Shown piece after piece: positions 10,456 to 24,300 of a stretch of 64,000 nt of DNA. The first letter of the stretch is position 1. Each line of letters begins with the position of its first letter. The translations under genes and the position numbers were made by a program. This DNA comes from Chlorokybus atmophyticus (lineage: Eukaryota > Plantae > Mesostigma and Chlorokybus algae): NCBI GenBank assembly GCA_009103225.1, contig RHPI01000277.1, positions 704,074-768,073 of the forward strand, given 5' to 3'. The notes below the pieces were generated by a model. It saw nothing but the letters and a program-made list of their open reading frames with translations, was not told the DNA's origin and searched no databases.

Positions 10456-11990
10456 TCAAACATAATCATACAGTGGCATATAAGCAAACAGCGCCAACAT
10501 GATTATCGTATCTGATGAAAATGGTCCAAGTCTTTCTTGCGCTCCGCATTGTGTGCAGCTGATCCCGCTAGGTAGTGGGTGCCGGTGATGGTGACATCGA
10601 GCAGCACTGAGCGCATGGCATGCGTGAGTCTTGACGCCGCTCCGAAGCAATGATGTCCGTACGACAACTCTGATGCTCACCCTCCCGAACCCGAACTAGA
10701 AGCACCCTTAGCTACTCGTATCGGACAATGTAGCTCGCCTCCCGCATAATGCCAGCAACAGCTTCGCGCACAGCATCGCGTATCACATTGCGATGGCCGT
10801 GGCGCATACAGAATGTCACATGCTCATCTCGAGCACTGGCAGGCTAATACCCACAAACAAAGGTTCGAGTGTGTTTGAAGTAGATATGGCCAACTAAGCA
10901 GGCGACTTCGCGTTGCGGATTTCATAGTCTGACAAGCGATGATCCGAGCGCGCCTGAATGGCCGTCAACCAAGCGCCTGCGCCTCATTTCGGAGCCTCTT
11001 GCAGACAAGCACCATCCGCGACAAAAATTAATGCCAACTATGTCTGTAGCTGAGCGCCAGATGTGGTGAGGTCCTGCTGCAGACGCATGCTCTGTGTCGT
11101 GAAAGCATTGGTACCCAAAGCCTCTGGTGCGAAGTGTGGTGTTAGCCGAGCAGCCGCATTACGCAAGGCTTGTAGGAAGGGGAGAGTGGTTAGAGCGCTC
11201 GATGCAGACGATAGCAACAATAAGGTCGATTAGGTGTTGACCCCACAGATGCACAGCGAGGAATGAGCACAGACGCCGCCATTGCTCCACTGCCAGCAAA
11301 TACTGCCAGTATCACCTCGGCCGTGGCGCGCAAACCAACCATATTAATGCCATCTGGTGACGTGCGCAAGCTGAGCGCCTTTGGGACGTCCGCCATACAT
11401 AACATGGGCAAAAGAGTCTAGCAGAGCCTTGTCAAAGGCTGACAGCTGCTCGCAAAAGCTGCTGAAGGGGCCATAGTTCGCATGAGGTAGGCAGGACAGG
11501 CAGCAATACAGCGTGTCAGCATCAAAGTGGCAATCTGCGGATCGCGCATGTGTTGCAATACGTGCACCGCCGCCACCGCCTGATCCAAGCAATCAATGCA
11601 AGCAGCAGCAACGGTGGCATCTGAGCCCAAAGGCACATCCACCGCAGTGAAGTCGTCAGCGCTTGTGCGCACCTCTACGGTCTCGATATCGTGCACCTTG
11701 AAACGACTGAAGGCGTACGACTTGTCCCAACGCACATGTAGGCCCACCGACTCTAGCAGCGCGCACTTGCTAGAGCCGCCACGTCCTCAGCCGGGCAAAT
11801 CAAGAATGTTACATCAATATACATGGGAGACAACACAGCGGTGTAGCGGGTAATGACATCACGAATCACGCGGGTATGCACAAGTGCGTAAAGTAGGCCT
11901 GCTAGAGGACCCTTTTCGAGGAAAGGCACCAATGCAGCTTGATCGGTGAGTGCGTTTTCAACTGACTCTATGGAGTGCTGCTGTTGATGC
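10456..11990 (-). mobile_element. Decayed non-LTR retrotransposon with restriction-like endonuclease (CRE/R2-type architecture)
   Basis: Frameshifted pieces give RT remnants (KGPLAGLLYAL ~ QGDPLSPLLFAL; YIDV ~ YLDD; GLHVRWDK; VPLGS; LMLTRC..YLMRT), a zinc-knuckle remnant (CG..EHVTFCMRHGHRNVIRDAV) and the RLE core LLDVTITG. Multiple stops. Confidence 0.75.
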
Positions 11991-12268
11991 ATGTGCTTAG
12001 CGCACATGGTGAGATATTTGTAATATGACGGCAATGCTAATGTGGGAAAGCGCATACAGCAATTGCCAGGTGCATAGGATGAACAGATGTGCATGCGCCA
12101 GCAGCAGAGCTCCGCACTTGTACCCAACGGATGTACTTACCATAAACACATGTTGCAGCGCGACTATAGAAACAACTCGTCATGCAATGCGCAGCAGCAA
12201 CTTGGCCACTACAATTACACTACAGCTAAAGTGCCAACCAACGCCTAGCATGTAGCTTCCATGCCGCA

Positions 12269-15200
12269 TCACTCACGGTAATTGATATCCACGAATATGA
12301 AATGCTGCTCAAACTTGTACAACGCGACGCTTGCTGCCACAGCGGCAACAGATACCCCAGCCAGTGACCAAGACCCTGCACACAAAGTAATGTGAATATG
12401 AAGACCTTGATAGCGCTCACACACGCACACGGACGCACACGTGCGCGCATGCATGCACATGTGCACACAACCACACAACCACACGTACCGCCGGATGCAG
12501 CAGCCACAGCAATGGCCACGACAGTGATGGCCAAGCAGGCGTAGCGTGCATTGCGAGCATTTTGTAGAGCTGTGCGGCAGCTGGAGCAATGCTTTGTATG
12601 CTGCAAGTGTAAAAGGAGACACAGATTAACGAGAATGACAGATTGAAGAAAGGGTATCCTGTGAGCATGAGATGGATATGCATAGCAATGCGCACCGATG
12701 CATGGCGCTCGAGCGCTTCATAGCGCGTCACATCCGGTGGGGTCAGAGACGTGCTCGAAGGGTAGGGAGAACCTGCACTTATGCACTTGCGTAAGGGAGA
12801 GAGAGAGGCTATGTGTGCGTGTTCTGGTGTGCATACTGTTCGCAAATCTGTACCTGCGGTGCTCAGCCACTGCCACAACTGGAAGGGCATAACACCAAAG
12901 GTTAGCTAATCAAGTGGGACAGCAATGCAGTATATTACGAGCTTCTGTATAGGTTTCTAACACGCACCCGCGCACTGAGTCGGTCGGATTGCGCTGGCAC
13001 AAAACAATCGGACCAATACTTATCTTTCAGCGGCGCAGCGTCACGCTCCTGTCGGCAGTGCATAAGCGGTAACAAAGGGCAGTGCATTGCTCTTTTCCGA
13101 TCACGTGTGTCAGCACGCGCACTGCATGCACTTTATTTGTGCATCGATGCCAAGTGATGGTGGTGCATACACACAAAACCAAGTTGTCTACCTGCTTTGC
13201 AATGATGTAGTCGTCGCCGTTGAGCAGGGACGTCCTTACCATGTGGTCCAGCCATCGAGGCGTCCACTACAGGCACATCCACAAGAAAAGTGAGAAGGGG
13301 GTACAAACCCAACATTGTCAGCTGCTCGCCTCAATCGACACGTTGAGAATTGTGCGCATCTACAATGGAAGTGTTGGTTCTACCTCCGGCTTGGACTTTG
13401 CCCAGGAGGGATTGTTGGGCCGAGTGTCAAGTGAGATGAGTCGCGTGCGTCCAGGACTCATGGGCACTGCGTACAACGCCTGTGCAAGCCATGTTGTAAC
13501 CGTCAACAAAGTAATCAGTACACCACAACATGTCAAATCATCGGTGACTATTACCAGAACAGCGGGAGCATATTTGCCGGGTGGGCCGAAGCGGAACTCC
13601 CACAAGCAGGGCGCCTCAAAGCGCTGAGAAGATGAAAATGGGCCTTGCTTCTGTGCGCACAATGAGACATGTAAGGGACCAGAGGACAGCATGAAGGTAC
13701 ACAAAGCAACAGTGCGATATGCGACCAAGCTTACTGCTACTCCAAGAAAGCCATTCACTTCGTTCTCGACCACATTGAGCTCAATGGGTGTCGCCATCGC
13801 CCGCTGCATGCCTGCAGAGGAGAGTACACGCTACAGTTGCACACGTGTGAACGCACAGAAGCGCACAGCAAATATGCATGCGCCCATACAAACGCTTGCA
13901 CAATAAGCTACTGTGTGCAAGTTGCGCTACACAAGCGCGCACCTATCACTCCATGGTGAGCGAACGGCAGGTGGGATATGTCCAAAACATTGTCGAGCAA
14001 ATAGTCAAACCTGCACCAAGGAGGTTGTGGAGTAACTCGCACACAGGGATTATCTACATCAACATCAAAGCATTGCCATGGTGAAATTGTCAGAAAAGCA
14101 TAGCTATACCGGAACAAGAAGCCGTGTCACTCACCCATAATAAATCTCTCGCATGTACAAGTAGTTGACCTTTGCAGCACCCTCGCGTATAGCTCTTGGT
14201 AGCGGCAAAGGCGTGCTCTCTGCCTGCTGCTTGCTGCTGGCATCAGGCCACAGCCATAACAGTCCCTGTGTCAACCAGTGAGCTGTCACTGAGAAGCACC
14301 AATGTATACACCCATGTGCAGGGAAAATTAACTGCAGCTACCAGCTCTTCCTTCGTGGGCAGAGAAGTTGCGCACGCCCTTGGTGATGATAGAACTGTTG
14401 AGGATGGCTGCGCCAGCTGCGGGATTTTCCTGCCGTTTGTGGTTTGATACAGTTTCCTGCAATGGTAGACATAAACCAGCGCAATGCATGCATGCTTACG
14501 CGCACGAGCCATCGCCTTCAAACTCCCACCCTGCCAGATTTGCAACCCATCACAATGTTGGCATGTTGAACATTGAGAAAGCTTTGTTGCAGCGCATTGA
14601 TGAGAACTTTTACGCGATGACTGTATACCATGATATCCGCACTGTAAATGCCCGTTAGCGTCGATTCGCCCTTCCGACAACCGCGCCAAGCGATGCGGGC
14701 ACCTGCAAGCAGTGGCAATGCTGGAGTCGCATCGATGAGCAATGCGACAATGCTTGTTGCATCATGCACTTGACGGGAGCTGGCCGATGTGCGCTGCAAC
14801 AGTGGCACTCATAGAAACACAGCGAGCTTGCACCTCACTCTGACCTGTCTTTGAATGCGCGCCACACTCCTTCCTTGTCTCGCCACAGCACAATGGGTTC
14901 ACCCAGGATGGTGACTGCGTTGGGCTTACTGGGATCCAAATCCATCACAATGCCAGCTGGGTACCTGCATGCAGTAGGTCACTGTCAGCAAACACGTTCC
15001 AAAAACTTGCCTGCAAACCACAGCTTTGCTGTACTTATCGCTTTACCATTGCTTCGTCCACGAGAATTTCTCCATTGAATCGCTGGTTGCAGGCTGCTCT
15101 TCAGCCAGCTGCTGCTGCAGCGGCGCCACAGCCTGCATGACAACGCGGGAGCTTGAAAGCTTTCCATGCTGGCTGCTGCTGCGGCGAGTGAGCTTGGTTG

Positions 15201-15318
15201 TGTGTGTACGATATAGTTGGCTTGATGACAGCTGCCTCCGGAACGGTTGCCGAAAACTGCTGGTTGTTGGGCAGGCAGACAGCAGCAGCGCTGTTGCTGC
15301 GGTTGCTGTGGAAGCCAT
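12269..15318 (-). CDS. Rieske [2Fe-2S] non-heme iron oxygenase, pheophorbide a oxygenase/PTC52/TIC55 family, multi-exon, with plastid transit-peptide-like N-terminus
   Basis: Spliced exons give WYPAG..LWRD..WRAFKDRCPHRLARLSEGRI..QCGYHGWEF (Rieske CxH/CxxH), YGFDYLLDNVLDISHLPFAHH (Fe site), PRWLDH..NGDD, and ERHASHTKHCSSC followed by hydrophobic C-terminal helices. S/T/R-rich N-terminus. Confidence 0.88.
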
Positions 15319-15759
15319 ACCTGAGGAACGAAGCAAAGAGGCATTCACTGCTGCTGTTTGGGTTGTTACAATCCAGCTCTCAGTGATAGTGCTGCCATGC
15401 ATGTGATGGGACTAGCGTTGCAGCAAGCATTGCAGCACCAGGAGCTGCGTACGCAAAGTGACAACCTGTTCATGCACTTTCCCATAGACACCAGCAAACG
15501 ACTACTCTCAAGTCAAGCAAGCAGACCAAAAAGCAAGTCAACAAGCAAACAAGCAGCTCTAAGCAAAGCGGCGGAGTTTGCTCCCCACAGTTCATACCTG
15601 CTCCTTTCCCAAGCAAGCCTCCCACGTTACAGGCGCTGTTGCGGTGCGCTGGTTGCAGATTAGTCTCACACCATGGGCTGCGTCGCTAGCGGTGGAGGCG
15701 GCCGTAGCCAGGCTAGCCTTGGCGGAGTCACCAAGCAGGGTGCAAGGTGGACCACTGCT

Positions 15760-15869
15760 TGTCGGCTTCTTGATAATCATCAAGAAGCCGACATATGGTG
15801 CGCATTGCACTCCACCGACGGTCGGTACAAATTGCTTCGAGGCCGAAGCGCAATAGCCGACGGTCGGCT
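15760..15869. promoter_or_regulatory. Cluster of perfect palindromes built on CCGAC/GTCGG
   Basis: 15-bp perfect stem 15760-15793; ACCGAC-G-GTCGGT 15814-15826; AGCCGAC-G-GTCGGCT 15855-15869. About 450 bp upstream of the oxygenase ATG. Regulatory role is inferred only. Confidence 0.35.
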
Positions 15870-16469
15870 GTGTTTCCGTCGCGGTGTCCGTTTTACACCA
15901 GTGCTGACAGTAGATTGTGAACGTGTCGCGCGCGCTTTTGTCGACGCTTGCAGTGTCTCCTGCCTGCCATAAGTAAGGGTACACATGCAGCAAAAGAGTG
16001 CGCATGTCCATATGCCTGATACGGTATCAGTGATACCGTAGGACCACGTGCACTACAACCCACACTCACTTTTGCGAATGTTTGTTCATTCCACAGTTTG
16101 CTACGATGGCCACAAAGTTAAAAGAAAGCATTGACACTGCAATACGCAAGGCCTATAACTATTTCTCATAATTACCACTCAAGGCAATTGATATTAATTT
16201 TTGGTTGTACGGTACGTGTCTCTAGGGTATTACCATGTTGGCGGAGCACTCCGTACATATCTGCTGCACTCATAAAAACGCACCCAAAAGGAGACGTTTT
16301 GGGAAGCTCGAGAGAGGGGTGTAGCGGGAGAGAGGGGAGTCTAGCTCGTCTGCCTGCCATTGCCTTCATTGTCAACAACAACCAACATCAAACCTTATGG
16401 GCGTGTTAACAAATTGCGTATGCACATGTATATGCTGATCGTGTGTTGCTAATGCAATGTCACTCACAA

Positions 16470-16967
<498 letters not shown>

Positions 16968-18542
16968 NGCACGATGCATATAGGTGCAATCTGTGCTATT
17001 GCGTAAACAATGATAGAGTTAGGGGTAATTGGTTGATAGCATGCAAGCGCGTGCCTTAGCTCGGTGGTCAAGTTGGTGCGTGGTTGTTGCGGTGTTGCAT
17101 TGCATGTGCAGGTAGATTTGCATCTGCAAGTCCCCTCTTGAATCTTTGTACACATAGCACGTCATATTCTTTACACACACATGGTGGGGCAATAGAGTAG
17201 TGAAGTAGGTAGTGGTCGCTGGTGTGAATCTAGCCTCGTGGTTGTGATTGAGGTGAGTGTGGTTTTAGTTAAGTGTCATGTTCATGCATGTGTCGTGCTT
17301 GTTACATACATCACTTGCGTATTCTGTACACATAACATCCTCGCTTCTCCCATACAATCATAGGCAATAGGCAATAGCACAATCCTTGCATATTATATCA
17401 TACAACCATATACAAACAGGCAGAGGCAGAGGCACACTGCGCTCATATAGAGGGATGATTGTATGCATGTCCAACGGGGGACCCGGTGGTTAGGTAGTGT
17501 ACAAACATTGCGGAGTGCCATGTGATTGACATAGAGATAGTGTATGCTAACCCGATGGTGCTGTATAATTGTACAAGATAAGCATGAGGCTGGTAGAAGC
17601 ATACATTTCAACGCCATGCATGACATGCAACACACTCAACGCACCTCAATGCCGCATGCACGACCACCGGGCTAACTAAGTCGCTACTCTAACTCTACTC
17701 CTAGTGCCCCCCTTAATCATGCATGCATGCATCACTGGCAGTCATGGTAGTCACCTGCACAGCGGTTGTGGTTAGACGCCAGCCCTTGCAGTGGCAATCG
17801 ACGACAACTCAATGGACTCCTCCTCCCCGCTCTCTCTCCCTTCCACCGCCGCCCCACCTTCACCCGTCCCACTGCATGCTTATCTATGTGATTGGCAACG
17901 GCATGCATGGTATGACAGTGGCACTGTCATGCGCATGCACAACAGCACCTCGCATAGCTTGTCCATCCGCATGCATGGATCTGAAGTGTAGAATTAGTTG
18001 CAGCGCAAGGGCAGTGCCCAGCAGCCACCCTTCAATGCATGCAAGTTCAATCAGTGATTACGCCAGTACTGCCTGTTTCAAGTAGATTCCACAAAAAGAT
18101 ACTCGCATTGCATATCTTGTACATTAACATTAATGGCCACAATATGCACCATAGACAATATTGCATATTACGCCATTGTGACTGGTGACTTCGCAATGCA
18201 CTCGGGCACGGAAAACCCAATTGCGGTGCATACACGCCTCTCAAACATGCATCGATGACAGCAGCCCTTCAGCCTTGCCCGCACAAGTGGATTGTAACCA
18301 ACTGTTGCAGGCATGCTGTCCTAGTAGGGCAAGGCAAGAGTAATTCTCCCTTGGGAGACGACACGCAACACAGACCATCGCCCGCAGTTAAGAAGCTTAT
18401 GCACGGCACTGTGCGTATCCTAGCACAACTGATGAAAACCACACAAACTGAACAGTCTGCTGCACACATGTCCTCGAGCATCATCACGCTTTGCACAACC
18501 TGAAGGACGAGACTGGGCGCGCTGGACGCAATGCAACCACAG

Positions 18543-20524
18543 TCACTGCGCCTTCTTCTGTCTGGACACGCTGTAAGCCTGCTCCAGCTGCCTGAAGAAT
18601 GTACCGTCGTACATGCCACGGATTCTGTCCTTAGACACGTATCCCTTCTCATCGGCGGCAGCCAGGTAAGTGGTGCCCCATTCCAAGAACTCCGCAATCC
18701 TGCAGCAAGCCAACAGATTAATCTTGTTACGCCAAACATATGTAACACACCTGTGGTCAGTGCGCCGGCTGTCGCAAGTGTCAGAATAGAAGTCCATGCA
18801 GACTTTTCTGTCCTTACGTGCCAAATACGTCGTTTGCGCCGCGGTTGCCTCTGACCATGCGGAGTATCTCACCAAAGGTCAGAGCGCCCTTACTGTTCCT
18901 GTCATACTTGGCGAATATGTCGTCGAACTTGTAAGGCACAAACCTGCCAAGCGACCCACAATATGAGGCAGTAAGCACAACATACCAATAACAACATGCT
19001 GCTTGCAAAACCCAGCAACGTTCCAACCAACTCACCTGCCCTCTGAGTCGTACACGCCGGTATCGCTGCCATGCTTGGCGAGGTGAATGTTCTTGATCAG
19101 GATGGAGAAGGATGGCGATGGCAGCCAGCTCTGCATGCAAGCGTACATGAGTTGAGCTGTGCATGCCATTCAGCTGAATCGTTCAAAGGCAACGAGCAGT
19201 ACATGCAACCATGTACGTATACAGGCAAGGTAGTTGTCACTTCGGTGCGTAATAATATGCAGTGTGCTCCACTTGGCCTGTGCCAACAGTTCGCAGCACG
19301 AAAGCACCAACAAGACAAGTACAGCTAAATGCTGGGACCCTAAGAGTGCCTGCGCGCGGGGGGGGGGGGGGGGGGGGNNNNNNNNNNNNNNNNNNNNNNN
19401 NNNNNNNNNNNNNNNNNNNNNNNNNNNNNNNNNNNNNNNNNNNNNNNNNNNNNNNNNNNNNNNNGGGGGGGGGGGGGGGTCTCAGTGTGCGCGTGTGCGT
19501 GCCTGCTTGCATGTTCTGGGCGAGAGCGTGCATGCGCATGGATATGTGGTAGTCCATGTTGAAAATCACTACCAGCTAACAGCTATGCGTCCTGAAATTC
19601 AGTCCACCTCAAGACCATGCAATACCATGCACTACAAGCGCTGCACCTGGGCCATGCAGTACCACATGAATGCACATGGAAATGTTGCATATTGTGCAAC
19701 CTGAACACAGGGTGCATGATGAACGGTTTCTTGAAGTGCGGTAAGCTGTGACTCACACTTCTACTGCTGTTCAGAATCTTCATTGTGACGTGCAAGTGTC
19801 ATTTGTGACTCTACTCAGAAATGGTTGGTGCATGCATGCATGCATGCGTGCAAGCATGCAGGCACTGAACCCATCCTAACTACGTCATCCCAACTGAATC
19901 AGGACCAGAACACAAGCTTACGTCTTGGGTAATCCAGGACATTGCGCCGTGAATAACCATCATCGCAGCAAACGAGTACGGCATGTTGAACGCCATCTTG
20001 CGAAAGCCAGTATATGTGTCCCACCTGGCACATAGCATAGCAAGCAACACGTTGATTCATCACAAGCTGCAACATGCAACATGCAATGAGGTGATGATGA
20101 CTATGCCATGCATGTGCATGCTGGCTAGACTGAATCCGAAGTGCATGCAGCACATAGTAGGCGCACGCATCAACCATGACTGGCACATGCATGTGCATGC
20201 TGTTGAGCAAGGCTAAGCTGAATGTTCTTGCCTGTTGCACGACTGCACTTACGGGTAGACGACGCCGTCGCCGTCAACGTCGAAGTAGGCGACATGCTGC
20301 TGGAGGACGCTGAGTTCTCTGTCTGGTGCCTCCGTGAGGCCGGTGTTGGTGGCAATGGCGGAGACCTCCAATTCACGGTACTGCGGGCCAAGGTGGGCGG
20401 GCGGCCTCTCGGCTGTCACCGGCGCCTTGGGAGCCACGCCTGGCTGGCGAGGCGGTCCCGCCCCCGCAGGCGGATGGTGCCTCTTTTCCTGCTGCTGCTG
20501 CTGCTGCTGAGGCGGCGGTGCCAT
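18543..20524 (-). CDS. Caleosin/peroxygenase (EF-hand lipid-droplet protein), 5 coding exons
   Basis: [18 protein letters not shown] (EF-hand), [72 protein letters not shown]. All donors are GT. Confidence 0.92.
19378..19464. other. Assembly gap (N run) flanked by poly-G
   Basis: N run inside a caleosin intron. Confidence 1.
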
Positions 20525-21357
20525 GCTGGCTCCTCCTGCGCTCTGTGCTCAGTTGGTTGCGAACACCACCACCCACACCAGGCCTCCCAATGCCAAGCAG
20601 CAACACAGCAAGCCCCATCGCCACCCATCCTACACTTGATTGGGTTTGAGCCATCCCAATCAAGCTGTGCCGTGCTGCCTGTCATCGCCGCCTGCTGCTG
20701 CGCTCAACCACATTGTCAACCTGGTTGACAAGCTTTCGCAGCGTGGCAGCCTGCAAGACCCAGTCACTGCACGCTTGCAGGGACACAGACCGTTGCATAA
20801 ACAATGGCATGCAATGCCCTGAGCAGGGACCCTTGAAAGGGGTTGACAACAGTAGTTCACTTCCCCTGCCTAAGCAAGCGTCTCATGTTGTGGCTCCATG
20901 AGCGGTGTGGTCACGGGCTCTGCTGACAGGGGCTGCGTGGAGGATGCCGGCGAAACTGCCGCAGACAGCAGATTCACATCCGCGCACGGCTGCTGAGATT
21001 GGGGCCTCTAGTTTTCCTGGGGAGCGATGTCATGCAAGCATACGTTGTACTGCCTAATTGGCGGTGCAGTCAATGCATTTGCACGGACAATGCTGCATGA
21101 ATGTGGCAACGGCTCAACCATTTGAGAGAATCTGCCACGTCGATATGGCCGTTTGTTTTAGATATCGATCCAGTCCGTCGCTGCCGCTGCTGCTGCGGCG
21201 CATTGCGGTTTAGGGCTATACACTACACGGCGGCGGCGGCGGCGGCGGCGGAAGACAAGGCGGCGGCGGGGTTGACAGGACAGGGCACACTGTATATATT
21301 GTTTGCGTTGCATGGCATGAGGGTAATTCTGTTTTGAGGGTCCGAGGCGTTCTTGCC

Positions 21358-24300
21358 ATGGGGCGGTTGAGGTTGCTGCCGCTGCCGGCAGCAGCGGCGG
21401 TGTTGCTGCTCTTGGCGCTAAGCGTGTCGGTGACTTGCGTTGCCGGAAAGGATGAATCTTGCGGAGAGTTGGACACTAACCCTAGCATTAGCCATGTCGC
21501 CGTGCTGCTCCCGCCCAAAACCAGCGTGGCCGTGAAAATGCGGCTGCATGGCCACAATGGCTGCTTTGACTGGTTAGCCTGGTTGCATGTGGTTGAAGAG
21601 CATGTATTTAGTTTTGATTCACAGCATTTTCAGCGCGTTAGCTTCTGATATGCTTCTGTTGTGCTTCTTCTTTATATTGCATGATTTGCTACATTGCTTT
21701 ACCTGCGCTCGTACGCATCCATGTAAAATGCGCATGGTCTTAACGCACTTCGGATTATCAACATTCATCTCATGATGAGATTAAACTCTTTTTTATTTTA
21801 TTGTGATTATTGCAAAAATTTCACACTATGATCAGTAGTAGAGTTGCATATGGTTGTTTGAGTGCCTGTAGGTAACCTGTTTCAGCCAATCATCATCTTT
21901 GACCAACCATCTCAATCAACCATTGTAACCATCTTTGACAAACCATTGCAATCAAAGGTAGTAACCAGCTAGAGCTTACTGCGTTTCTGGTTGTTTCGCC
22001 TTTCTGTGACAGTGTCTTGTTCACTGGGCTGCGCTACAACGTATTCTTGTTGTGCTGGACTTGTTTCCATTGCTGACAAGTTTGAGTATTTTGCGTGCAA
22101 TTTCTTATACGCATGTGGCACAGGAAAACGCCTAATTATGATTTTGTTGAAGTCAAGCCGGAGTTCAACGAGACAGCAGGGTGCTCAACCAGCGCCCTCA
22201 TCACCTCCGTTGCTCCATACACGGTACAGTCAAGCATACGCAGATGGGACACAGAAACCCAATCCGATTGCATTACAGCCTGCTTCAGCACAGACTAGAC
22301 ATGCTCGTTGCACTTTTGCTGCCACTCTCAGTTTGCAATATTATCACAGGGCCGTAGGTCTGGTGTGATTTTGGCCACGGAGACAGTTTCCGGCAAAGTC
22401 TTGCGCTGCGCTGTGTAAGTGTACATGAGACCAAACACTCAGTCTTACAAAATGCTTGAGGCGTAACTTTGATACAAAATTTCCTTTTGGGGTCCCTCAC
22501 ACAAGGTTCACAAACCAGATATGTGGATGCCATGGCGTCCATACGAGTGCAGCATCACACGCTCACGCTGGATGTCGGCGGCCTCGCGGAGCTATATGTG
22601 AGAGCTTACGACGCAATGGACAACGTCTTCTCTGCTCTACAGGTTAGCAGATTAGTCCTATCACCATGTCCTCAAGGCAGTGCCCAGCATCTGTCAACAT
22701 TTTTTGACATGTTCTAGGGATTGCCAATGAAATGGACGCTTCAACCGATGGCGGATGCTGGAGGCGATGTCCTGGAACACGTGCCTCTGCATGAGGTCCT
22801 GTTGTGCTCCCCTCTTCGCGTTCATCTTGAAGACAAGGTGAGCGCATGCAGTCGCGAGGTTGTGTATGCGTTCGCAGCAGCTGGCATTGGTGCAAACATC
22901 TGCAATCGTGTCCATGCTCTACAATGGTACACCACAAGAAGAATAAGTAAACAAGTTGAAGTTCATGATGATGACATCATGAACATCGGTTATGGCAACA
23001 TTGGTGATGATAATAATGAGAGCTAGACGCTAATGTTGTTGCTAAGTCTTACCAACTGAATTGAGTGATGAGAGCTAAATGCTGGTGTTGCTGATACACC
23101 TGACTAACTGAAAGTGGTCATGGTCGTTCTGTCTGCCTCTTTATCAATGCCCTATTTGGTAATTGTGGGGCGTAGGGCGTGGGCGCGGATGTGTATGTAG
23201 TTAAAGGCGTGAGCTCAGGCCGGTCGACCGTGTCGGTGCGCGTAGAGGAGACAGCTGGGACAGGCGGCCGCGGGGTGCTGGAGGACAGCGTTGAACTCAC
23301 CGTCGCGCAGCCCATGTACCTTTCACCCATCGTCCAGGCGCCCCTCTCTCGTCTCTGTATTCCTCCCGGCGCCACACTCGCGTACAACCTCCATGTCGTG
23401 CACAACGACGACACCACAGGTGCGGTCACCAACGCTATGTGATGACATATGTCATGTACACTTGTGTGTGCTTGTATTTTGTGATGAGGTTCAATGACAT
23501 GCTTGTACCCAATACAGCCTCATTCATATGCAAGCACTTGAGCAGAATTCAATGCTGAGTGTTGCCAATGGATTGTTGAATTTTTAATGACGCACCAGTG
23601 ACAGTCATCCAACAAAGCTCGGCTTTGCATGTTGACAAGCCCTGTTGATGCACGCAGTTGTGAGCATGCCTTCCGGACATTACAAATGGTCCGTGTCTGA
23701 TCCCTCCGTGGCGTCAATTGATGAGGCAATGGGTGAGGTGAGGGCGCGTCGGGGCGGCAGCGCAGAGGTGACCGTGGAGGACGTGCGCGTCCCCGGCCAC
23801 AAGGCCACCGCGGTGCTGCATGTGTGTGTGCCCCACGCGCTTGAGGTCAATGTGGCCGTGGCTGGTGAGGCTCCTGCGGGCGCCACTGTTGTCGAACTCA
23901 TCACTGGTGGAGACTATGAAGTGGTCGCCACCGCACTCGATGCCCAAGGTCACCCTATCCTCCTTACAAAGGCAAGTTCTGTGGGCTTATGTGGGCCCGT
24001 TGTAGAGTTGTGTCGGTGGGCATGCATGGTGCTACAAGCATGTGATAACAGATGTGCCAACAATAGGATGCAACCATCAAGCTGCAAGTTGACAACCGTC
24101 CAGTCTGGCATGCGGTGGGCGCCAAGCGCCTGAGCCGTGCCCTCGAAGACAGTGACTTGGGCCAGGGTGTCGCTCAGCAGGTGCACGCCGACGCCGAGGG
24201 CAGCGGCTCCTTCACCGCCAGTCTCACTTACTACACATGGGAGCTTGACATCGAAGAGTACAAAGTAAGGGGTTACAAAAGTTCACATTGCAGTGAGCAA

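Noticed and set aside
15592-16011. Overlapping ORFs upstream of the oxygenase
   Set aside because: No protein motifs; the region is better explained by palindromic non-coding structure.
20373-20663. Signal-peptide-like ORF overlapping the caleosin start
   Set aside because: Different frame from caleosin with no intron to connect them.
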